From positions 1,503 to 65,502 of the forward strand of contig DATAXG010000099.1 of NCBI GenBank assembly GCA_036273055.1: a DNA stretch of 64,000 bases. Reading direction: 5' to 3'. Source of the stretch: Acidimicrobiales bacterium. GTDB lineage: Bacteria > Actinomycetota > Acidimicrobiia > Acidimicrobiales > RAAP-2. Every line of letters begins with the position of its first letter. Positions within the stretch are counted from its first letter, which is position 1. Positions 55,515-64,000 of this stretch are shown here, in pieces. Below the pieces are notes generated by a model that ran no database searches, was not told the origin of the DNA, and was given only the letters and a program-made list of their open reading frames with translations. Made by a program: the position numbers and the translations under genes.

Positions 55515-56476
55515 TGGCGATCTCACGGAACATCAAGTCGGACCGGGGCCTCACCTACCGCATGTTCTTGACGGGGCTGTTCCTCGTCCTCCTCTACGGC
55601 CTCGTCGTCGGCATTCTGATCGCGGTGGGCCTGTCCTACGCCTTCGTGCTGGTCATCGCAGTTGCCCTCATCTTCTGCCAGTACTGGTTCAGCGCCAAGA
55701 TCGCCATGTACGCCATGCACGCCAAGGAGGTGACGCCCGAGCAGGCTCCCGAGCTGCACGGCGTGGTCGACCGCCTGTGCGCGCTGGCCGACATGCCCAA
55801 GCCCCGGGTGGCCATCGCCACCACCGACATCCCCAACGCCTTCGCCACGGGACGCAGCCCCAAGTCGTCCGTCGTCTGCGTGACCTCGGGCCTGCTGCGA
55901 CGGCTCGAGGAGCCTGAGGTCGAAGCGGTGCTCTCGCACGAGCTGTCGCACGTGGCCCACCGCGATGTCGCAGTCATGACGATCGCCAGCGGGCTCGGGA
56001 TGATCGCCGGGCTGATGACCCGCGTGCTCTTCTACTCCGACATCTTCGGCGGGGGCGGGCGGGGCGGGAACAACAACCAGAACCAGGCCGGCATTGAGAT
56101 GATCGTCCTGCTGGTGTCGGTCGTGGTCTACTTCGTGAGCTTCCTGCTCACCATGGCCTTGTCCCGGTACCGGGAGCTGGCGGCCGACCGCTCGGGCGCG
56201 CTGCTCATCGGCCGGCCCTCCCTGCTGGCCTCGGCACTGGTCAAGATCACCGGGGAGATGGGGCGCATCCCGACCAAGGACCTGCGTGCCGCCGAGCCCT
56301 TCAACGCCTTCTTCTTCACCCCGGCCGTGGCCAACGGCTCGGCCCAGGGCGAGGGTGGCGGCTTCAGCTTCGGCAACCTGTTCCGGACGCACCCGACGCT
56401 CGAGAAGCGTCTGGCCCAGCTGGACTCGCTGGAGCGCCAGCTCGGGCAGGCCGGCCCGGCCAACGGCACCATCTGA
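55514..56476 (+). CDS. htpX: M48-family zinc metalloprotease HtpX
   Basis: Two N-terminal TM helices, HELSHVAHRD (HExxH), further TM helices, and THPTLEKR at the C-terminus. Confidence 0.85.
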   Translation: MAISRNIKSDRGLTYRMFLTGLFLVLLYGLVVGILIAVGLSYAFVLVIAVALIFCQYWFSAKIAMYAMHAKEVTPEQAPELHGVVDRLCALADMPKPRVAIATTDIPNAFATGRSPKSSVVCVTSGLLRRLEEPEVEAVLSHELSHVAHRDVAVMTIASGLGMIAGLMTRVLFYSDIFGGGGRGGNNNQNQAGIEMIVLLVSVVVYFVSFLLTMALSRYRELAADRSGALLIGRPSLLASALVKITGEMGRIPTKDLRAAEPFNAFFFTPAVANGSAQGEGGGFSFGNLFRTHPTLEKRLAQLDSLERQLGQAGPANGTI

Positions 56477-56484
56477 CGCTGCGA

Positions 56485-57057
56485 GTGGGCCTCTTCGACA
56501 CCATCCTCGGCCGCACCAAGCCCGTCCGGGCCAATCTCGACGCGCTGTTCGCCCTGCCGACGGCCGCTCTGACGCTGCAGAGCGCCGGCGGCCTGGTGAC
56601 GTCGGGCCACGCCGGGGTCTGCTGGAAACCTCCCCCCGGCCAGGCGGCCGCCGACGCCCAGAAGGAGATCGCCGAGCTGGTGGGCGACGGCTTCAGCTAC
56701 GCCCAGGACAAGTTCGACTACGGCTGGCTGCTGCTCGACGACCCCGACCTCGAAGAGCTGGTCACCAAGATCCACATGGCCAACTCGACGCTGCAGGACA
56801 ACGGCTGGGGGCCTCAACTGCTCGTCTCGGCCTTCGGCTTCGTCCCCGGGCCCGACGCGGCCGGCGACGCCCGGGCCTTCCGGCTCATCTACCTCTTCAA
56901 GCGCGGCACCTTTTACCCGTTCGCCCCTGTGGACGCAGAAAAGGAGCGCCGGGACACCGAGCTCGAGTTGCGCATCCGGACCATGGTGGGCGCCGACCTA
57001 CCGGTGGAGGCCGACCTGTCCCGGTGGTTCCCGCTGTGGGACATGCCCGTGGCCTGA
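56485..57057 (+). CDS. conserved hypothetical protein, Psp-associated by position
   Basis: 190 aa, immediately downstream of pspA-htpX. I recall similar proteins being named PspA-associated (PspAB), but this is unverified. Confidence 0.5.
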   Translation: MGLFDTILGRTKPVRANLDALFALPTAALTLQSAGGLVTSGHAGVCWKPPPGQAAADAQKEIAELVGDGFSYAQDKFDYGWLLLDDPDLEELVTKIHMANSTLQDNGWGPQLLVSAFGFVPGPDAAGDARAFRLIYLFKRGTFYPFAPVDAEKERRDTELELRIRTMVGADLPVEADLSRWFPLWDMPVA

Positions 57058-57146
57058 CGGTTTGTTCACCTGGCGTTCGCGGTCGTGCTCGGGCCGCCCG
57101 CCCAGGCGTGCAGACTGCAGGACGAGAGCCGAGGAGGTGCATTGAC

Positions 57147-57893
57147 GTGGCAGAGACCCTTGACCGGATCATCGCGCTGGAGGGCGCGGTCAACTTCCGC
57201 GATCTGGGCGGGTACGAGGCCGGCGACGGCATGCAGACGCGCTGGCGCACGCTCTTCCGGGCCGACGGCCTGGGCGAGCTGACCGAGCCCGACCTGTCGG
57301 TGCTGCGCCAGCTGGGCATCCGGACGGTCATCGACCTGCGCTCGGGGTCGGAGCTGGAGCGGGGACGGTTCGACGTGGAAGCCCACCCGGCGGCGTTCCA
57401 CCACTTCCCCTTCATTGACGAGCTCCCCGATGCACAGGAATTCGACCGCCGTCCCGGCCTGCTGGGGACGCAATACCTGGAGATCGTGCGTGACGCCGGC
57501 CGGCAGATCCTCGCTGCGCTCGACGTCCTCGCCTCGCCCGACGCGCTCCCGGCGATCTTCCACTGCACCGCCGGCAAGGACCGCACCGGCGTGCTCTCGG
57601 CGGTCGTCCTGTCCCTGCTGGGTGTGGACGAGCCGACGGTGGTCGCCGACTACGCCCTGAGCGGGGCCGCCATGCTGCGGCTCCGGGCCAAGCTCATTGC
57701 GAAGTACCCCGAGGGCCGGGAGACGATCGAGAACATCGACGAGGTCTTCTCGGCCGACCCGGTGCAGATGGAGCAGCTGCTCGACCACATTGAAGAGCAG
57801 TACGGGTCGGTCGGTGCCTACGTCGAGGGGCTCGGTGCCGCACCGGGCCTGGTGGAGCGCCTGCGCGCCGGACTGCTGGAACGGGTTTCCTAG
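57147..57893 (+). CDS. protein-tyrosine phosphatase family protein (Y_phosphatase3-like)
   Basis: GTG 57147 with GAGGAGG SD. NFRDLGG and the HCTAGKDRTG (CX5R) active site. Confidence 0.8.
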   Translation: MAETLDRIIALEGAVNFRDLGGYEAGDGMQTRWRTLFRADGLGELTEPDLSVLRQLGIRTVIDLRSGSELERGRFDVEAHPAAFHHFPFIDELPDAQEFDRRPGLLGTQYLEIVRDAGRQILAALDVLASPDALPAIFHCTAGKDRTGVLSAVVLSLLGVDEPTVVADYALSGAAMLRLRAKLIAKYPEGRETIENIDEVFSADPVQMEQLLDHIEEQYGSVGAYVEGLGAAPGLVERLRAGLLERVS

Positions 57894-58200
57894 GACTCGT
57901 CCTCGTCCCGGATGTCCGGGCGCAAGCGATCGACGACGCCGGCCAGCGCCAGGTCAAGGAGCGTGATGCCGCCCGAATCGTGCGTCGTGAGAACAAGGTG
58001 CACGGTGTTCCAGCGGATGTCGATGTCGGGGTGGTGGTTGGCCACCTCGGCGGCGGCACCGACTGCGTTGACAAAAGCGAGGGCAGCGGCGAAGTCGTGC
58101 AGCTTGACCGTCGTCATCAGCGCGTCGCCCTCACGGGCCCAGTGCAGCCGTTGGCCCTGAAGCTCGGCATCGACATCGGACGGCGAGAGCACGGGTTCGC

Positions 58201-58204
<4 letters not shown>
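57890..58204 (-). CDS. 4a-hydroxytetrahydrobiopterin (pterin-4-alpha-carbinolamine) dehydratase
   Basis: GTG 58204 (GTGA overlap with the fumC stop). [38 protein letters not shown]. Confidence 0.8.
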
Positions 58205-59589
<1,385 letters not shown>

Positions 59590-59599
59590 GGGCGTCAGC

Positions 59600-60316
59600 T
59601 TAGGACCGGCGCCCAGGGCCTCCCGGCTCGCGGCGTCCGGCGTCCCCGGGTCGCAGCCTCCGCTCCGGCGCGACGTCGCCGTCGAGCAGCCGGATGGCCG
59701 CCTCCCGGGTGGGCACACCCAGCTTGCGCAGGATGGACGAGACGTGACTGCGCACCGTGGTCGGGGAGACGAACAGTCGCTCGGAGATCTCGGCGGTCCC
59801 GGCGCCCGTGCGCATCAGCTCGAGCACGTCCCACTCGCGTCCGGTCAGCCGGGCCGCCTGGCCCTCGGGCATGGCGACCCGCCGGTGCTCGCGGTCACGG
59901 AACTCATCGACGAGACGCGCCACCAGGGTGCCGGGCAGCATGGCCTCTCCGGCCAGGACGCGCTGCAGCGCGTCGCCGATCGTGGCCTCGTCCAAGCCCT
60001 TGAGCAGATAGCCGGACGCGCCGGCCCGCAGGGCGTCGAAGAGGTCTTCGTCCTGGCGCGAGACGGTCAGCATCACCACCGATGTGTCGGGGAGGGCACC
60101 GCTGATCTGGGTGGCGGCGGCGATGCCGTTCCCCGGCATGTTGATGTCGAGCAGGCAGACGTCGGGTCGCTCGCGCTTGGCCCCTTCTACCGCGCCGGCG
60201 GCATCCGCCGCCTCCACGCACACCTGGAAATTGCCGGTGCGTTCCAGCGCGTTGCGTACCAGGGCCCGCGTGCGGGCGTGGTCGTCAGCCAACAGGACGG
60301 TGATGGGCGGGGTCAT
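59600..60316 (-). CDS. LuxR/NarL-family response regulator
   Basis: ITVLLADDH...[10 protein letters not shown] receiver domain, plus [47 protein letters not shown]. Confidence 0.85.
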   Translation of the reverse strand: MTPPITVLLADDHARTRALVRNALERTGNFQVCVEAADAAGAVEGAKRERPDVCLLDINMPGNGIAAATQISGALPDTSVVMLTVSRQDEDLFDALRAGASGYLLKGLDEATIGDALQRVLAGEAMLPGTLVARLVDEFRDREHRRVAMPEGQAARLTGREWDVLELMRTGAGTAEISERLFVSPTTVRSHVSSILRKLGVPTREAAIRLLDGDVAPERRLRPGDAGRREPGGPGRRS

Positions 60317-61917
60317 CGGAAGGCCACCGCGATGCGCGTGCCGTGCTCGGGCACGGAGTCGACGCTCAACACGGCACCGACCGATGCCGCCCTCTCCTGC
60401 ATGCTCTGCAGCCCGAACCCCCCGGAGGCGGGGCCCTGCTCCGGGTCGAAGCCGCAGCCGTCGTCCTCAATCACCAGTCGCAATTGGTCGTCGCGCTCGA
60501 GACTGACGCGGACGTGCGCGGAGGCGCCGTGGCTGGCGGCATTCGTGATGGCCTCCCTGACGATCCGGAGCAGATTCTCCCGGACCTCGCCGGGGACCTC
60601 CACGTCGTCGGCCAGCTGCAGATCCCAGGCCACGCCGAGGCGTGCACCGAGGTCCTCCACGGTCTGGGAGATGGCGTCGTCGAGGGACTGCGGCTGCGAG
60701 ACCGAGAGCACCGTGATGGCTCGTCGGGCCTCGTCCAGGGCCCGATCGGCGGCACCGGCGAGGGCGCGGGCATCGTTCGGCGCTGCCATTCCGGCTGCCG
60801 CGCCACGGGTCTTGCTGGCGATGAAGGCCAGCTCGTGGGCCAGACCGTCGTGCAGCTCGCGGGCGATGCGCCGGCGCTCCTCCACGGTGGCCTGCGCCTC
60901 CAGGGTGCGGTGGGCGGCCCAATTGGAGAGCGCGAGCTCCAGGAAGTGGCCCAGGGCGACGCAGCGGTCGACGCACTCCTTGGGAATGGAGGCGCTCCCG
61001 GTGGCGATGGCCAGGACGCCGTGCACCTCCCCGTCGGGACAGACCGGGACCCAGACGCCGCAGGTGATGCCGGAGGAGTCGAACAAGGCGCGCAGCGTCG
61101 GTCCCGCCTTGTCGCGGTCGAGCGGGGCCGTGACGGGCTGGCGCGAGCGCACGGCGTCCCGCAGGCCTGGGTGCTCCTCCACCGGCCAGCGGCCCGCAGC
61201 GCTCGCCTCCAGGTCGTGGAGCTGGGCGTCGACGACCACCATGCCGTCTTCGATCCGGAAGTAGGTCGCCCGCTGGACCTCGGAGCCAGGGGGGGACGCG
61301 ATGCCCATGGCGAGTTGCGCGCCCAGGGCCGTGATCTGCGGCGGCTCCGACAGCTGGACAAGCTGGCAGACGGCGGCGTTGAGCGCCTCCTCATGCCGGA
61401 GCAACCGTTCGGTGTGTTCGTTCGACTCGACGAGGCGGCGGCGGAGCAGCTGAATGGCGACGGACAGCATGGCGGCGATGGAGACGGTGAGGATCAGCCG
61501 GCGCACGAGAGCCGTGGTGTCCACGGCGCCGGCCGACGAGGCGATCGTCACGCCGAGGATCGCGGCCACGATGAAGACGACGCAGACGATCGACTCCCAG
61601 CGCTTGCCGTAGAGGGCGACGCCAACCACGGGCATGAAGAGCAGGACGCCGAGGCCGCTTCCCATGCCGCCCGAGGCCACCATCAAGAAGGCCACCGAAG
61701 ACATGTACAGGGCCGAACCGACGACGAACGTCTTCGGGGGCATCCCACGCCGGGCGAGGATCAGCGTCAGGATCAACAGGAGGAGCACGGTGCTGACGAG
61801 ATACGCCCCGGCATTGGCCGGTCCGGGCGGCCAGCCCGCGCTGACCTGTCCCACGACCGCCACGACCACAAAGGGGATGTAGCTGGTCAGGCGGTCACGC
61901 AGAACGGGCGGTGGCAT
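60313..61917 (-). CDS. sensor histidine kinase (membrane domain + GAF-like + HisKA_3 + HATPase_c)
   Basis: From MPPPVLRDRL (ATG 61917). About 5 TM helices, a GAF-like region, ERRRIARELHDGLAHEL (H-box), and a DDGCGF/GGFGLQSMQERA ATPase. Confidence 0.8.
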   Translation of the reverse strand: MPPPVLRDRLTSYIPFVVVAVVGQVSAGWPPGPANAGAYLVSTVLLLLILTLILARRGMPPKTFVVGSALYMSSVAFLMVASGGMGSGLGVLLFMPVVGVALYGKRWESIVCVVFIVAAILGVTIASSAGAVDTTALVRRLILTVSIAAMLSVAIQLLRRRLVESNEHTERLLRHEEALNAAVCQLVQLSEPPQITALGAQLAMGIASPPGSEVQRATYFRIEDGMVVVDAQLHDLEASAAGRWPVEEHPGLRDAVRSRQPVTAPLDRDKAGPTLRALFDSSGITCGVWVPVCPDGEVHGVLAIATGSASIPKECVDRCVALGHFLELALSNWAAHRTLEAQATVEERRRIARELHDGLAHELAFIASKTRGAAAGMAAPNDARALAGAADRALDEARRAITVLSVSQPQSLDDAISQTVEDLGARLGVAWDLQLADDVEVPGEVRENLLRIVREAITNAASHGASAHVRVSLERDDQLRLVIEDDGCGFDPEQGPASGGFGLQSMQERAASVGAVLSVDSVPEHGTRIAVAFR

Positions 61918-62164
61918 CCCTCCCGGTATCGGCGCAGATCCACCTGAACTGAGCGTCTTTCGCTGGGAAACACCCCTATGGGACCTGCGGCGCACCAAAG
62001 CAGCGTCCCGGCTGTGGACAACCTGCCCCGGTGCTGCCGGGCCAGGTCTACACCCCCGTGTCCAATTGCCTCCACGTTCCTTAAGACGCCTCGACGCCCC
62101 TCCGAACTCCATTGGGTCGCGAAACAACGGACCGCCCGTGGAGGCGGAGAGAGAGGCGAGAAAG

Positions 62165-62407
62165 ATGGAGGGAATCAAGCGAAGAACGGGCCGCCGAATC
62201 GGCTCATGGTCGGCCCGGATGAAGGTCGTTTCAGCCGTGTGCGGATGCCTGCTCGTGGCAGCCGGGGCCTACGCGGCAACCAACTGGGTCGTGGGCCTGA
62301 ACGCCGGCTCGTCCGGTGAGGGACAGTCCGCATTGACGGGCATTACGGCGACCGGTGGCGCAGCCACCTCGACGACGAGCCCGGCCACCAGCGGCTGGAC
62401 CAGCTAA
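62165..62407 (+). CDS. small secreted hypothetical protein
   Basis: MEGIKRRTGRRIGSWSARMKVVSAVCGCLLVAAGAYA-ATNWVVGLNAGSSGEGQSA.... Purine-rich SD. Ser/Thr/Gly-rich tail. Confidence 0.45.
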   Translation: MEGIKRRTGRRIGSWSARMKVVSAVCGCLLVAAGAYAATNWVVGLNAGSSGEGQSALTGITATGGAATSTTSPATSGWTS

Positions 62408-62461
62408 TCGCCCCCCTTCGCCTCGAGGGGATCGACCGGCGGCGACGAGGGGAGCCTGCGC

Positions 62462-62904
62462 ATGTGTCGTAGCGCTCTTCTCGTCGTTGTCGGAGCTCTG
62501 GCCGCCCTGAGCCTCCTGGTCTCGCCGGGTACGGCATGGGCGGCGGGAAACTGGACGGTCAAAGTGGCCACGGTGAACGCGGGGGAAGAGAAGGCTGAGG
62601 CCCTACCGACGGCACCGACGGCGACGTCCGCCTACACCACACCAGCCAGCGCACGGACGGTCAAGGTCAGCTGGGCCGCCATCACCCACGCCACCACGTA
62701 CGGGGTCTATCAATCCACGACATCGGCCACGGGGACCTACACCATGTGGCGACTGCATCGACCCCGACGGTCTCGTGGACCAGCGGCGTGCTCGCCGCCG
62801 GGCACTACTGGTACGAGGTGGTGGCCAACATCGGCACCAATTGGGCCGGTGCGAAGTCGGCGGCCACGGCGGAACGGACGACGACCAGCACGACCTGCTC
62901 GTAG
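62462..62904 (+). pseudogene. secreted FN3-like protein gene, frameshifted
   Basis: Signal peptide ...LLVSPGTAWA-AGNWTVKVATVNAGEEKAEAL...VKVSWAAITHATTYGVYQSTTSATGTYT. The sensible continuation VATASTPTVSWTSGVLAAGHYWYEVVANIGTNWAGAKSAATAERTTTSTTCS-TAG (62902) lies in the next frame. The shift is near 62735..62750, and the track frame turns Arg/Pro-rich after it. Confidence 0.55.
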
Positions 62905-62922
62905 CGCGTTCGGGCGCGGGCG

Positions 62923-64000
62923 CTAGCCGGGCGGATGATCGTCGGGGCAGGCGCCGGGCGGATCGTTGAAATTCGGATCCGTGGTCCACGCCCCCTGCGA
63001 CCAGGTGCCGTCGGCGGGGGGCAGCCCGAACACGGACGTCATGTCCGCCAACAGGGCCGCGGCGTAGCGGGCGCTACCCTCAGGGCACAGGTGGACGTTG
63101 TCGAGCTTGCGCACGCGTATCCACTGGTTGCTCGGCGAGTGCGGGTCGCCCTCGGGCGGGAGCCAGGCCGAGTACCTGCCGTCCAACAAGACCGAATCGG
63201 CCAGCGGGAAGTACATGACCCGGCCCGGGAAGTCTGACGTCATCTTCTTGGCGATGTCGTTCCAGGCGATCACGCCGGCCCGACGCTCCTTGTTGAAGCT
63301 GGCCTTGTCGGCCGGGTTGGCCGTGGCCAGGTCTCCCGATTGGGGGAACGCGGTGAAGATGACACCCTCGACGCCGTTGCCCGGCGTGAGCATGGTCGAC
63401 ACGGCCCGGCGCAGCAGCCTCGTGTACTGCACCGGCTGGTGCAGGGCGTTCGGCGTCGTCGGCCCGTACTGGTCCCAACTCCACGTGGCGACGATCAGCT
63501 GCGCCCCCGTCTCGCGTATCAGGTTCGGGATGGAGGTCGGCCAATCGGTGGACACCGTGAGCCCGAACCCGTCGATGGTGCGCGTGGACACGGTGACGTC
63601 ACCAGTGGCTTGGAGCGACGCGGTGATGCCGTAGGAGGCATCGTGCATGACGGAATCGCCGAGGACCATCACCCGGAGGGGATCGGCCGGCGATGGCGCC
63701 GGCGTCAGCCGGATGGGCTGTTGGCCGGCGTAGCCCCCGGAGCCGGGCACCGTCTGGACCGACCCCGACGACGCCAGATGGGTGGTGCCGGCCACGGAAG
63801 TGGGATCGGCGACGGCGGGAATGGTGGCGATGACGATGACCACCGCGGTGATGACGCCGGCCAGGGGGCCCACCCACACCCGGAAGACACCACGAAATTT
63901 TGCCAACCGGATCGGTCGCTCGACCAGGTAGTAGCTCGCGACAGAGACGAGCAGCGTGACCACGATCCGCAGCAGGTTCAGGGGCCAGGTCGACAGCCCG
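62923..64000 (-). CDS. acyltransferase-3 (OafA/YrhL-type) protein with C-terminal SGNH/GDSL-like domain (5' end outside window)
   Basis: The ORF is open to the right edge. The last TM helix ...SYYLVERPIR is followed by VMVLGDSVMHDASYG (SGNH block I) and a soluble domain. Confidence 0.7.
   Translation of the reverse strand, partial: GLSTWPLNLLRIVVTLLVSVASYYLVERPIRLAKFRGVFRVWVGPLAGVITAVVIVIATIPAVADPTSVAGTTHLASSGSVQTVPGSGGYAGQQPIRLTPAPSPADPLRVMVLGDSVMHDASYGITASLQATGDVTVSTRTIDGFGLTVSTDWPTSIPNLIRETGAQLIVATWSWDQYGPTTPNALHQPVQYTRLLRRAVSTMLTPGNGVEGVIFTAFPQSGDLATANPADKASFNKERRAGVIAWNDIAKKMTSDFPGRVMYFPLADSVLLDGRYSAWLPPEGDPHSPSNQWIRVRKLDNVHLCPEGSARYAAALLADMTSVFGLPPADGTWSQGAWTTDPNFNDPPGACPDDHPPG

Overview
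Strongly GC-rich chromosomal segment with pronounced GC3 bias, so every frame carries long shadow ORFs. It looks actinobacterial: mycothiol S-conjugate amidase (mca), an LLM/F420-type oxidoreductase, an MptB-like GT-C mannosyltransferase, purK-purE, fumC, clpS, pspA-htpX, and pervasive ATGA/GTGA start-stop overlaps. I call about 60 genes. The left edge carries an IS110-family transposase gene cut by the window edge. It is followed by a gene-poor, visibly less GC-rich patch with a frameshifted AbrB-type gene. The centre holds an Atu/Liu-like acyl-CoA carboxylase cluster: enoyl-CoA hydratase, carboxyltransferase, biotin carboxylase/BCCP, AtuA and a divergent acyl-CoA dehydrogenase. Convergent to it is a single 8.8-kb gene for a 2945-aa secreted mosaic protein, the most unusual element in the window. 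Its domains by eye are a PATR-like beta-helix, CARDB/Ig-like sandwiches, about 10 carboxypeptidase-regulatory-like modules, an internal hydrophobic helical module, a DPNG-type beta-sandwich, FN3, and five 42-aa C-terminal repeats. Five conserved genes are interrupted: two by in-frame TAG at conserved Trp/Gln positions and three by frameshifts. purK has no canonical start codon upstream of its conserved GxGQLxRM motif. Three HTH regulators (PadR, an ArsR-SRPBCC fusion, TetR) have clear palindromic operator candidates. I saw no rRNA, complete tRNA or CRISPR array, and no recognisable defence or secondary-metabolite system. Apart from the giant gene, the window is mostly ordinary housekeeping and accessory metabolism. 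All domain and family calls come from reading the translations by eye; no searches were run.
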